64,000 bases of DNA from Lama guanicoe. Taxonomy: Eukaryota. Below are positions 11,201-24,689 of the stretch, piece after piece (positions within the stretch are counted from its first letter, which is position 1; each line of letters begins with the position of its first letter). The stretch is from the NCBI GenBank assembly GCA_013239625.1, contig MU056550.1, forward strand, positions 1,039,720 through 1,103,719, read 5' to 3'. A model generated the notes under the pieces. That model had not been told where the DNA came from and did no database searches. It saw nothing but the letters and a program-made list of their open reading frames with translations. The position numbers and the translations under genes were made by a program.

Positions 11201-13339
11201 CTATAACACTAACGACAATAATAAGTTGGCTGCATTTTTAATTTTACTGGGCACTTTCTCATATATTATTTACTTTTACCCTTCACAACAACCCAAAAGG
11301 TGGACAATAGGCACAGAGTAGATAAACTAAAATTTCCTGGATCAATTCCACTTCAAAATTCTATCCTGTGGTTTCTGTAAGTAAAGACATGTCTGTCAGA
11401 CAAGGTGTCCCAGCTTGGCATTCAACTGATAGTACTCAGGAGTCTTGGGATTCTCTCTCCCTGGGACCCAGATTCTCAAGGGCAGGAAGGGAACAGGGAG
11501 TAGGTCTCTGGCCTTCAATAAGGGACAGCTTCAGTGCAGGTTGTGGAGGAAGGACCAGAATCAAGGGGCCTCTCCTCCAGGGGTCCTGTCTCTTTCCAGG
11601 CACTTGGGGACATGGAAAGACCCAACCTGTGTATTAGCTTCCTCACTAAGAGTTCCCAGGAAGAACCCACCAGGGACAAACACCATTATGTCCTCAGCCA
11701 AAATACCCCAGCCTTGGTCCCTCTCTCACTGATTAGCCCCTTTTAGTATTACATTTTAATACTAAAAGAATAGGACCCTCATCAATCGATAGAGACATAT
11801 AGAAATAGTCGTACTCCAGCTACAAAATGTCAATGTCAGGTGATAGCTTTGAACTGGAAATGGTGGTTAGACAGAAGGTGATATTTTAGCTGACATAGAA
11901 AGCAGGCAATGAGGAAAGTAGAGCCTCCTTTCCCCTCCTGGGACCTTGGGTGGGAAAATGCTGACTATTTCTCCAATCCATCCCTGCCTCAGTCTCTCTC
12001 CCAATGAGACGTATATGGGAGACTGCCACAAACAGAAGGATGATTTCTCTCTCATACTCTCATGAGATGCAGGTGGATGTCCAGGGAGGAGGTCCAAGCA
12101 CAGAATCAGAAGACCTGGAATTCTGGCCAGATTAGCTGTTAACCCAGAGCACATTATTTAACCTCTTTGAGCCCCTGTTCACTTATCTCTAAAATGGGGA
12201 TGATAGACCAGCCTCAAGGCGCATCAGGAAGGCTGAAGAGATAAAACACCTAACCCCCAGGATGCAGTAGTTGCTCTGTAAATGTCTGCTTCCCCCTCTC
12301 CTTTTCTCCTTTCCTTTGTTTTTTTTCCCCCTAGATCAGTAGTTTCCATCCTGGGGAAGAGGGATCCCTCAACTTTAGAACTGTCTGTGAAGGTATTCCT
12401 AGAGATTCAGGGCAGAAATTTCCAATATTATCAAAGCCTAGCGGAACTGTCCCATTTACACTAGATAATGTCCCACAGCTAAAATGTCAAGTTTCTTTGC
12501 TTTGCAGATAAATTATATCGTGTTGCTTATCTCATGTTGATTAAAAGTTCTTTTTCCAGTTCTATGTCAGCTGTTGATTAATAATACAGAGGGATCCATT
12601 ATTATCAAGTGAATTCATTTTTAAAAGAATTTTAAGAGATATCTACTAAAGTTACCCTCCTTTTTATTTCTTGTTTTTTGTTTCAAATTACTCCAGTAAA
12701 ACTCTAATTCTAATTTTTTTTAAATACAGATAAAGCAGAAGTACCCCCTCAACCTCTCCTCCCCTCAACACACACACAATCCCACACCCCTCTCAGGGAC
12801 AAACTACTGTTACTAGCTTTGTGTGAATCCTTTCAGACATTTTTCTATGCATCTATGAACATGCAGAAATACATGCCTCTGTTTTATGTTCCTCGAATAG
12901 GTATGATCATACTGTACACGTTATTCTGAACTTGCCTTTTTCCTTAACAGTATAGTCAGTACATATGGCTTTACTTCATTCTTTTTGACTCTCACATAGT
13001 TTCCCGTTTGGGTAAAAGGTTAGATTAATTACAACTTTTCATTATTTATAAGCAATGCTGCAAGAAACATGCATAGCTATTTAGGCACTTACATGTGTGA
13101 TTTCCCAGGAGACTTACCTGCCCACTTAGGATTACCAGATCAAAAGTCACGAACAGTTTTTCATTATAATAGATACTGATGAATTACTCTCAAAGAGTAC
13201 CCACATTAGTGATATACCAACAGTGTATATCCATTTCTGTACATCCTTGCCAACACTGCCTTTTATCAACCTTCTTTATGTCTGTCAGTCTGATGGAGGA
13301 AAGATTATAGTATAATAATGTCACTTTAATAAGCATTTT

Positions 13340-13460
13340 CAGTTTGGGATTAGCAAATACAAACTACTGTATACAAAATTGATAAACAACAAGGTCCTAC
13401 TCTATAGCACAGGGAACTATAGTCAATAGCTTGTAATAACATTGTAAGTCAATTACACTT
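13340..13460 (+). mobile_element. L1 3' terminal fragment
   Basis: gataaacaacaaggtcctactctatagcacagggaactatagtcaatagcttgtaataac followed by an A-tail. Confidence 0.75.
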
Positions 13461-13479
13461 CAATTGAAAAAAAAAAGAT

Positions 13480-15170
13480 TTGTTCCTTGGTTTTGTTTTC
13501 CAAGTTTGATTATGATGCAGCTAGGTATTCATAATTTGAGCGTACCATACTTGGAGTTGGTTGAGTTTCCTGAATGTACAAATTAATGTTTTTCATCAAA
13601 TTTGGGAACTTTTCTGCTATTATTTCTTTAAATATTCTTTTTTTCCTCTCTCTTCTCCTTCTGAGACTCCTATTATTCATGTGTTAGAATGCTTGATGGA
13701 GTGTGTCCCATAGGTCTCAGGCTCTGTTCACTTTTCTTCATTGTTTTTTTCTTCCACTTCTCAGACTGGATGATCTCAAATGACCTATTTTCAAGTTTGC
13801 TGAGTATTTCTTCTAATCTTCTGTTTAGCCCCTCCAGTGATTTTCATTTCAGTTATTAAACTTTTCAACTCCTGGATTTCTACTTGGTCCATCTCTTTAC
13901 TGACATTCTCTATTTGTTGAGGCATCATTCTCATACTTTAATTTAGTTCTTCAGATATGGTTTCTTTTAGTTCTTTGAACATATTTATAATAGTTGATTT
14001 AAAGTCTTTATCTAGTAAGTCCAATGTCTGGACTGCCACAAGGACAGCTTCTATTGACTGCTTTTTTTCCTGTGTATGGGCCATACTTTTGTATCCAGAC
14101 TCATTATGAATAATAATTTTTTCTTGAAAACTGAACGTACAAAATGATATAATGTAGCACTTCTGGAAATCAGATTCCCAATTCCCCAGAATTTGTTGTT
14201 GTTCCAGTTTGTTGTTGATATTGTTGCTGTTTGTTTAATGACTCTCCTGGACTAATCTGTAAAGTCTGTATTTCTGATCTATGCAGCCACTAAAGTCTCT
14301 GCTCAATTAGTTTAACAATCAGCTAATAATTGGACAGGGAGTCCCTTAAATGCCTCGAATCAATAAGCCTCTCAGCCTTTGCTGAGGGGCTCTGTGCATG
14401 TGTTTGGTCATGACTTCAACGATCAGCAGGTGGTTTACAACTCTGCCTTACCTTCAGTTCCTGCTTGTACAAAGCCTCAAGTTTGGACAGAAGTGAGCGA
14501 CTGAGGCCTCTCAGGTCCTTCTCAGGTATGTGCACAGCCCGAGTCCTTCTAGAGTCCCGAGGATGAGTCAGATATTATCAAAGTCTTCTGTGGACATCTC
14601 ATTCCGCAGTTTTTCCTTTCAAGTTCTTTGGTCAGCCTCTTGCTACACCCAGCTGGTATTACTGCCACTGGCAGCTGTGATGTTAAACAGTTGCATCTGA
14701 TTTTTTTTTTCAACAATTGCCCTGGGGATATGACTGTTTGCTTGGAGTGAGCTCTGAGTCAGTTCAAATAAAAACAAGCCCCAAGAGTGGAGGTTCTGAG
14801 GGAGCTATCAGACAGATCACATGGTGATAATTCTCTGGGTTGGAGACTTTAGGGGGAGGTTCAGACCTACTCTGTCCCTTCCAGTGGCTTCTAGGCTGCT
14901 TGTTTTCATAGCTACTACTTTCAAGTCTACTGCAGAACTAAGGGGAAGGGGATGGGACTGGAGTAAGCTAAAACACCAGAAAGCTTTCTGTTCTTATCTA
15001 GTTTCAGCTGTCTTTCTTGAATAGATCCTCCTTGAATTTTAGCAGAACTTTGGTTAATTTCGAGAGTTCTAAAAAGGTTGATTTTTGACCTTTTTTGCCT
15101 GTGTTTTTATTGCTGTTATGGAGGAGTAGATTTTTCAAAGACCTTTATCTAGCCATTCTAGGAGTGTTTC
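13480..15170 (-). mobile_element. Old L1M 5'UTR/ORF1 region
   Basis: T-rich L1 antisense signatures (tttcatcaaatttgggaacttttctgctattatttctt, gagactcctattattcatgtgttagaatgcttgatgg). Confidence 0.65.
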
Positions 15171-16455
15171 TATGTGTATTCATTTTTTTTTTACAAAAGG
15201 AAAAGATAAACCATAGACTAATAAAAATCACTAGGTAGGGAGTACTCCCCAAACTCTTGGATATATTATGGGATAGAGCAAATACACAACTATATTGATT
15301 TTATTGAGAACCAGGATTCTCACTGTGGGCAAAAGAACATATAAATAAAGAAGGATGAAGGTAGAATGGTAGTTGTTGACTTTAAATAGGTGGTATTAAT
15401 ATTAACAGGATTTTTTAATATATATATTTTTTCAAGAGTTCATGATTTTTGTTCTGTCAACTGAAAGGGCTTAGAAGCAATGATACTCCAATAGCAATGA
15501 ACACCTCTGGCATCTAGTTCTTGGTTTCTGAACACCATGCCCCACTAAAACAAAACAAAACAAAAAAACAAGGAATATTTTGAGAAATGGATGATTTCAG
15601 GGCAGGAGCAGGGAAAGTAGAAGGTGAGCCTGGACATATTTTGTGCCATAAAGAGAAAAAAAAAACTAAGAAGGCTAAAGAAAGGGTATGGGGAGGAAAT
15701 AATAGATGAGGGAGATTAAGAGATAACAACTTCCAGCTGCAAAGTGAGTGAGTCATGGGTATGAAATGTACAGTGTGGGGAATGCAGTCAATAACTATGA
15801 AAAATAAAAATAAAAATAATAAAGCATCTTAAAAAAATAAGACTAAAGAAAGCTCAAAGACTAATGGAAATGCCAAAAGGACACAGGAGGCAGCTTAAAG
15901 TGACTCCGACTGGCCAAATTAGTCACAATTTGAGCATCAAAATGAGTAATGATGATAATGGTCTATAAAATATTAAGTTAAATTTTTCCATTAGCCCAAA
16001 ACAGTGGTAAATTGAAAAAGAAAACTAGAAATGGAAAGCTCTTCTTCAAAGAAGAATCCTAGCTAATAATTACAGAAGGAATGATAGAATAAAAGAAAAC
16101 AACCATTCTACAAGCCCCAGTGTACTAGTTGGTTCAGCTTAAGGATTATCAATGGAGGCTAAACTACTGGGTAACATATTTGGGGGTGATAGAAAATTCA
16201 CAAGATCTCCAAGTATCACCCCAGAGATTACTTACTAATTACAAAGCAGCAAATGTAGCTTTCCAATGGAGAGATCCAGCAGTCTCCACTTCAAGTGATC
16301 AGACTGAGGAACCACCAAGAGGGACAATTGGACAAGAAGGGCCTCCTGATGAGATTCACCAAAAAGCCACAATACCACCTGTGCAGGTTTCTCACACACA
16401 CACAAAATAAGTTGAACCTGAATCTAACCATAAGTGAACAATCAGATAAATCTAG

Positions 16456-17014
16456 ACGAGGGTTTCTCAATCTTGGTACTATTGACATTTGGGGCTGGAT
16501 AATTCTTTATTGTGGGAACTGTTCTGTGCACTGTTGGAAGTTTAGAAGCAACTCTGGTCTCCGCCCAGTACACGCCAATAGCACCTTGTTATAGACTGAA
16601 TGTGTCCCCCCAAAATTCGTAGGTTGCTGTCCTAATCCCCAAGTCAATAGTATTAGAAAGTAGGGCCTTGGAGAGATGATGAGGTCATGAGGAATTAGTG
16701 TCCCTATAAAAGAGGCCCGAGGAAGTGCCCTCCTTCCTTTCAACATTTGAGATTACAGCAAAAAGAAAGTCTATGACCCAGGAGGTGGGCCTTCAGCNNN
16801 NNNNNNNNNNNNNNNNNNNNNNNNNNNNNNNNNNNNNNNNNNNNNNNNNNNNNNNNNNNNNNNNNNNNNNNNNNNNNNNNNNNNNNNNNNNNNNNNNNNN
16901 NNNNNNNNNNNNNNNNNNNNNNNNNNNNNCCTCCCTAGTTGTGATGATCAAAAATGTCTCCAAACACTGCCAAATTTCCCCTGCAGGTAAAATCACCCAA
17001 GCTGGAAAACACTG
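16456..17014 (+). mobile_element. MER20-like hAT MITE interrupted by an MLT1 MaLR LTR (from ~16587 into the gap), within an L1M 3' region
   Basis: MER20-like start agggtttctcaatcttggtactattgacatttggggctggataattc and end ggaaaacactg. The MLT1 start is tgttatagactgaatgtgtccccccaaaattc. Confidence 0.75.
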
Positions 17015-17599
17015 ATCTAGAACATTCTACAAGAGAGGGCTCTTCCAAAAAAGTCTACATTGTGGGAGACTGGGGGGAAGGCAGGGGAAGAATTATCTGT
17101 TTTAAAATTAAAGAGACTAGAAACATTAACAATCAAATGTAATAGGAAGATCTTGATTGGATCTTGGGTGTAACTGAAAAACTTCTATAAATGTCATATA
17201 TCAGAGATTTGGGGAAATTTGAATATGCACTGCATATTAGGTGATATAAATTTATTGTCAATTTTCATAGGTGTAATAATGGTATTATGGTTACTTAGGA
17301 AAATCTTTACTCCAGCTTTGGAACATACATGCTAAAATATTTAAGGGAGAAGTATCACCTTGATTGCAACTTGCTTCCAAATGGTTCAGCAAAAAATAAA
17401 GTATGTGGGGCAAGGGGAGAGGTGAGGGAAGGAAAGAGAGGGTGCACACACAAAGGCTGGCAAAATGTTAGCAACTGATGGGCTTCATGGAAGGAGATGG
17501 GTGTTCATAGTTACTAGTCTTCCAACTTTTAATCAAACTTGAAAATTTTCAGAATAAGGCGTTGAGTAGAAATATGCTCAAATTCATGGAGAAAAAAAA

Positions 17600-18480
17600 T
17601 TAGGTAAAGAGACTGGAAATCACATGAGGGACAGAATGTCGATGGAGGAGAGGAGACTGCTCAGGTGAGAGTCCTGGGGAAACAAAGTGGGTTGAGAAGG
17701 AGGAGAAAAACCAGTGTGAAACCAGGAAGTTCGAAAAGAAAGTATTTCCAAAAGGACAGAGCGTCCAGCAGTATTAGATGCCGATGAGAAGTTCCATAAG
17801 GTGCCCACAGAGGAGTCCAAGAAGCAAACGTGGGCTTGGACAAGATGTAGGTCAGTGGAGACCTTGGTACAATACCAGGGACAAAAGCCTGATTGAAGTG
17901 GTTGGTGGAAAACTTGGATGTGAGGGAGAGTGAGAGCAAGAATAGGCAATTCTCACCGTGAGAATTGTTTAGGAACGAGAACAGAGATGTGAGGCAAGAG
18001 TTGGAGGGCGGCATGGGCTGGGGGCAGGTTTTTGTTTTACTTAGACAACATGATTTTGAAGATAAGGGGTGTGAGTACATATTTCCGCACCAGTGGGAAT
18101 GTTCCACTAGAATGTGGAAAAGGAGCGATTGCAGGAGTGAAGTCTTTGAGAGGATGAGAGGGGGGAGGGAGCCAGAGAACAAGTGGAAGGCTTGCGCTGG
18201 TGGGAAGAGGATGGCACAGCTCCTCTGCTATGTCTGCTATCTCCAAGGATCACTGAACAAAGACACCATGGGCTGAGGGGGTGATGCTGGAGATCTGAGC
18301 AGAGAGAAAAATGAGATAGCATCTCAGAAAGTCGAAAAATGAATGTGCTGAGAAAGTGGAGGAGAAGAGTCCGGGCAGTGTTGCAAACTCACTTGAGCCT
18401 ATGGCCATACATTGAAAGTGAATTCAGTCAGTGTCGGGAGGCAATGGTCTCACACGACAGTCACTTGTTTGGGCACAGGT
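17600..18480 (-). mobile_element. L2 LINE fragment
   Basis: Purine-rich L2 antisense motifs (aggtcagtggagaccttgg, gacaaaagcctgattgaagtgg). Confidence 0.6.
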
Positions 18481-20279
18481 GCAGAGTAAGAGACGAGATG
18501 GGGTTAACCAGTGATGGTGGGCTTTTCTATTTTTTACTGACTGTTCAGAAGCTGAACCCCTTTTCTATGTATCAGAACCCCATTCCCATATTTCCTGTAT
18601 TTAGAACCCTTTCCCCATCTTAACAGTCCTGGTGAGTGGTATAGCCCTCCTCCCACCATAGAAGCTGACACTGCCAGATACTTACTTTCCCAGGCTCCTT
18701 TGCTGACAGGACTGACTGAGCACATGACCTGGGTACAGCCAATCAAACGCACGGTCCTGAACTTCAAATCGGGAGCTAAGAGATAAGCAGAGACAGTGGA
18801 GTGTCATCACTGACAGTAGTAGAGATGGTGGCAGCACCGTTCAGCTTCTGGGACTGGCAGTGGCAACAATGCCAGTGGTAGCCTCCAGTTCTCAGTGCCA
18901 TCAGCAATGTCACTGCACATTTACCCCTCTGGGAGGGCAGCAGAGGTGTCCTCTCCACTCTGGTCCTATGCCAGAATTTTGGTTGTGACTCTTAGCACGT
19001 AACCACAAACCTGGTTCTCCAGCTCTCCCAGCAACTCTTTGAGCCAACTAACGTCTATGCAATATAAATTACTTCATTTATAAAATGGTAGATGAATTAT
19101 CATAAAGCCATGGAGTTCATTTACGGACTAAGTGAGCAAATTTGATTTCCTAAAACAAGCATATTTTGTGGTCTAAATGAACAATCTGTCATAATAAATA
19201 TATTTTACAAGTTTTATGGTTATCCCAAGCCTGTGTTTAAAGGTTACCGTCCTGTGAGATTAAACAGAAACACAAAAATCTCTTGTACTCTAATAGATGA
19301 ATATCTCATGGAACATTTTTAGTTCCTTCTTTTTAAATATCAGTAAACACACGAGAAGGAACTACCATGACGATGACGAGGAAGCAGGCATGTATAATTG
19401 AATCATAAACCAGATCTTTGGTGACAGCTGGCTAGTCCCCAACAGTGCTCACTTTTTCTTCCTTCTCTTGCTAAGATGGTAAAAACCAGCACAACACCTG
19501 CATTCTTAAATAATTTGGCAAATTATTTCCTTTCCAGCCTCCTCTCAAATTCCCATGTGGCCAACAGTTTCTTTTGATTTTAGCTAAGGCTGGATTCGAG
19601 TTTTGAGTCCTATGAGGTTAAGTCTACATTTCTAGCAATTGTACGTTTTGCGGCTGGTGGTGGTGGTGGTGGTAGTAGGTTTGTTGGGGTTTTTTTGTTT
19701 GTTTTTTTGTCTTATTGCATTGGCCAAAACCCTCAGGTCATTATTAAGTAGTAGAAGTGAGATGATTGTGCAGGCAGCCGGTGTAAATCAATTCTCCAGC
19801 AAAGCTATGACTCTAGACTTTGGGAGGGAGCAAGATGGGTGGAATCTGACGTGTAGCCCATGGTCTAATCTCTCATTTTGCTTATCTTAGCTCTTTATTT
19901 TGCCCCCTACCTGCAGTAATCCACCTTTCGCTTCTCAGAACTTCTCTATCAGTTTTTCTGTTAATCCTCATTCTGTAAGTGAGGAATATGAACCTTCAAG
20001 GCTTTGAGTCTGAAGACACACAGCTAATTATGCTAGATTTTTGTGGCAGCAAGTCTAAACCCTTTTCAGAGTATTATTCTTCAGCTACTGAGTTCTGTGA
20101 GTTTGCGTTTTGTTCTAATTTAAGGTAGTCATGGTATTTTTCTATGTTTGTATAATGTAAATCACTTAGCCAATGAGGACAGGCCTTGATTAAATTCAAC
20201 AATAAAATTAGTTAAGAGAAAGTTTTTTTAAAACACTGAAACTTTGTAAAATAACTTTTTCTCACTTACACACAAAAAA

Positions 20280-20371
20280 TTTTTTATGGAGGTCCTAGGG
20301 ATTGAACCCTGGACCTTGTGCATGCTAACTAAACACATGCTCTTTCACTGAGCTGTACATCCATACCCCCC
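20280..20371 (-). mobile_element. Vic-1-type SINE
   Basis: ggaggtcctagggattgaaccctggaccttgtgcatgcta...actgagctgtac. Confidence 0.8.
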
Positions 20372-23300
20372 AAAATTTTTATTTTGGAAAAGATTCAAAT
20401 ATCAAAAAAACAAACAGCTAAGAATGCAAGAACGTTCTAAAGTCATTGTATCTTCTAGAGAAATGGGAACATGCTTTACAAGCTATTCAGCATGTTGCTT
20501 TTAATTTAACAAATACAATGGACATTTTTTCATTCCAGTACTTCTGGGTAAAACTCATTTTTGTAATATTTATAACATTTTAATACATAAACATTTATAC
20601 TTTTTATTATCCATTACCTGTTGATGAAAATTTGACTTGTTTCCAATTTAAACCAATGCTGCCATAATGAATAGTAACTTCGTAAAAAGAGCTTTGGCCT
20701 GTGAATTTCAATATACTAGGAGCTATACTTTTAAATGAGCTATACTTTTAAAAAGTGGTGCATTTAAAAATATTTTTTGGTGTAATTGCCAATTTTTTTC
20801 TCCAAAGAGATTTTGCCAACTTACAGTCCCTGCAATAGTGTATAAAAGTACCCATTCCCCACACACTCCTCACCACTGTTATCAGTCCTTGAAATTCTTG
20901 GCAATCTGATAAGTGAAAAATGATATGAATTTTATTTTGCATTCCTCTGATTCCTGGTTTATTCAGAAGCTAACTGCCCACTTTTATTTCTACTCTAGAA
21001 TTGCCCGTTCATACCCTTTTACCTGTCCTTATCACTGAATTCTGCTTCATTGAATGGATGTACCACAGTTTATCCATTCTGCCTCATCAGTTTCTTTCAC
21101 TGGTTTATTTACTTACAGGAGCCCTCTATATTTTATGGATAGTAATCCTCTGTTTTATATGTTACAAGTATGTTCTCCCCGACTCTTACTTATCTCTTAA
21201 CTTTGTAATGTCTATTCAGTTATGAAAGATTTGGGGGTTTAATATATATCAAGTCAAGCTGGTAAATATTTTCCATATGGTTTCTAGTCTTTATAAATTT
21301 GTGTTGTATTCTGCCATTTAACTAAATTGAGTTCAGTCTTAGATGATGAGAAGTTAGGCAGGTGAAGGCAAGGAAGGGCATTCCAAACGGAGAGACCAGA
21401 AAGACAACTCCGCAGAAGGGAGCAGGTGGCTCACTTCCCTAGGCTGACTTTCTTCCAAACTGCTTCAATTCTGCCCCCAGACCATGTGACTGTCCTGCCT
21501 CTCAGCTTCAACAGTGTTTGGGTTTGGACAGAAAATGATACAGTTGCCTTTACTTGAGGGCCACAGTAAGGGAGTTGGATATTTTCTTAATGCACCGAGA
21601 TGCCATTGGAGGGTTTTAGGCAGGAGGGTCAATGATCCCATATTGGATGCTTCCTTTGGCTACAACAGAGCTTTCTCCATTTCTGAAATAAGAGAGAACA
21701 GCCGCCATGATCCAGCTTCTATTTCGAGGGATCTGCAAGCTGACCCACCTGAGTGTGACTTTATAACAAACCCTACAAGTTTGAAATACATGACATGTGG
21801 CTAACATATATTCTGCAGCTTGGCATTAGCCTCCTAGTGCGTAGATCAGATCCCTGCAAGTCCGGCAGGGTGTACCACTTGTAGGGTGGTGGTGGTTGCA
21901 GGTGGGCCTCCCCCACCTCTCCCCCACCCCTCCCCGCATACCCCAGTCCCAGGTCCTGAGATACAAATGAGATAGGATTTGATCTGCCCATCAGCCCTGG
22001 GGCCCTAGGAAGGGCAAATATGATCATCCCCATCTCACAGGCATGTAAGATGGCAGGCAGGAAACTGATGACAGGACCGGGGGCTGGCGGACGGGCGAGG
22101 GGGAGGGCCACCTGCAGCAGCACACAGTGGCAACCGCGACCTTGGCTTTCACCGTATTGTGACGTATTGCAGCTAAAGTGGGCCCAGTGGAACACAGCTT
22201 CTGATTCTGTTATCCGGTTTGCATACCCTTCAAGCCTAGACATGAGGCTTACAAAGATAAACAGATTGCAGATAAACCAATAAAGCCAGTACGAGCCCCA
22301 AACTAGGAAACGGCAGACCTGAAGCCTTTCCTACGCCTGGTAGAAGTCCTTCTACAGCTAGGAGAGGATGCAAAAACGATGATGAACTAATCATATCTGA
22401 CAAAAATCTGGCAAACGAGCAACACAGCAAGAGAGAGAGAAATTATCAAATAGGCCGTTCGAAATACATGTTTATATTAACAATGCCTTTGACCCTGAGT
22501 GTATAGTCTGTTTTGAGAAAATAATAACAGTCGTATGAGTAATTATAAATAAGTAATGGGAATAATTGGTAGTATGTAGTCTACCAATTGGTAGTCTCTC
22601 AAAAATGTGTTGTTGTTAATCACCTAAATATGGAGATCAGTCGGTGAGAGCAAATTTCTTACTGAATCTGGGACTGATCTTAATCCTCCACAGCACAATG
22701 TCTGACCCACGGCAGGTGCCCCCAAAATATGTGTTCAAAAATATTTGATGGGGGAGCATAAGATGGGGATGATCATATTTGCCCTTCCGAGGGCCCAGGG
22801 CTGATGGGCAGACCAAATCCCACCTCATTCGTATCTCAATCCATCGCCTATCATTCTCACTGCAAGTGCCCAGCTCCAGCCTCACTGCTGACCACTTGGG
22901 ATGCCTGCATCACCTCCCTGCTGGTTTGCCCACCTCCCAGCTTTCTCGCCTCTATCCCACTCTGACTCGGAGCCATCCTTCTAACGTGCCTAAAACCTTT
23001 GGTGGCTCCCCGCTCCTAGCTGGATTACAACCCACATTTCTTAGCCAGGTATACAAGGCCTTCAAGAAGACCATCCTGCCAATGTGCCCAGCCTTGCCTC
23101 ACCTGGTCACAAGCCCCCATCCCATCTCCCTCTAGATGCCCAACAGCCAAACTACTCACAGCTCCTTGAAGATATCTCCAAGGCCATCGGTCCTGATGGC
23201 CACCTGACACATCTCTCTCAGTTTATTCCTTCTAATTCTTTGGACTTGAATCTAAATAGTATCTCTTCCAGCAAACCTTCCATGACTCATCTCCTCCCAG

Positions 23301-24240
23301 ATCTGGGCTGAAGATTGGCCCCCTTATGGCCCCTGTCACAGCGTTTGTAATTTCTGGTTTTGTTTTTTGGTCTCCACTCCTTGAAAGCAGGATGGAGGTC
23401 TGTGACCAGAGCTTCAATGAAGAGGCTTCATTGAATATTTGCTGCATGGATAACTGGATGAAAGAATGAAATACTTGGCTTGGGCAGGGTATTTCAGACA
23501 CCCATTTATTGTTATGATGTCAATCAAAGGCTCCCTGCAGATTCCTCACTGAGGAGGGTGAAACTTGCAGGAATCCATTCCCTGGGGACATCAGTCACGC
23601 TGCATGGCCCTAACCTTGCCTCCAGCTTTGGGTTTGGCCCCCATCTTTCTCAGGACCCTGCTGTCTCCTACAGATACACCTGCTCTTTCTCTATCATCAG
23701 ATTGCAAACTTGTGCCCAAAGAACCCTCCCTGCCGCAAGGGTCTGTATCTACAGGCTTGGGGAAGTCTTGGTCTTTTGCCCTGAACACACACAGGAAGTC
23801 TGCCAGGCAGGCAGGCAGTCACAGTTATATTTAGATTTCTGTCACCTGATGGGGTCATCCATTAATCAGGGCACAGTGGCAGCTGTAGCATTTCCGGAGT
23901 AAACGGAGGTGGGATCAGGGGCAGTGAGGAAGGGGCAGGAAATCTGGGCATTGCCTCCAGGCTTGTTTAAGCAAGACATAGGGCGAGGATGAAAATGCGT
24001 GGCTTACCTTAAAGCTGGAAAGATGGAGGTCAGACCCAAGCGGGTACTGGGGCTTGAGGGAGGAATCAGTGCCTGGCTCAGGCAGGGGAAAGGCGGCATT
24101 TGGGAGATCAGTAGGAAGAATGGCTCAGCTGGTCGGGCCCTTTTCCTGCCCCGGAGGCAGGCGGGGGCAGGATCTTGTGCCCCTTCCTGCCTGGCGAGCT
24201 GTGGCTGAATGAGTGGCTCCCTGACAGGCAGTAACGCCCA

Positions 24241-24293
24241 GCTGCGGTCAGCAGAGAGAGCTGTGGTCAGCAGAGAGAGCTGTGGTCACCAGA
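24241..24293 (+). repeat. 19-bp tandem repeat (about 2.8 copies) carrying RUNX-like TGYGGT motifs
   Basis: gctgcggtcagcagagaga / gctgtggtcagcagagaga / gctgtggtcaccaga. Confidence 0.9.
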
Positions 24294-24689
24294 CCCCGTC
24301 CACAAGGGAGAAACCAGGAAGGAGCGGACATGCAGGATTTTTTTTTTCAAGCCTCAAAGGCCTTCCTTGCCCCAGATTTGGTTTATTAAATGACTGCCCT
24401 GGGAGCCAGGGAATGGGCCCTAAATCGGTTGCTTTCCTTCCTTATAACTCTAGAATCCATCCCCTCTTCTGATGGGGCCACTGCAACCCTGGCTTGCCCC
24501 CTCCTCCCGGCTATTCCAGACCCTTCCCCGAGGTTCACTTTTCTACAACCAAATCCCATCTGAAACACCTAGTGCTACCCACCACCTCCAGGTCACTGAT
24601 GCCCCTCAGTTTGGCTTTCAAAATCTCCCGTGTTTGGACACCCAGCCTTCCCCCCCACCTTTTTCTCAACAGCCTTCCTATGGTATTAG

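Noticed and set aside
20720-20752. Short tandem duplication of gagctatacttttaaa
   Set aside because: Ordinary slippage duplication in an L1 remnant.
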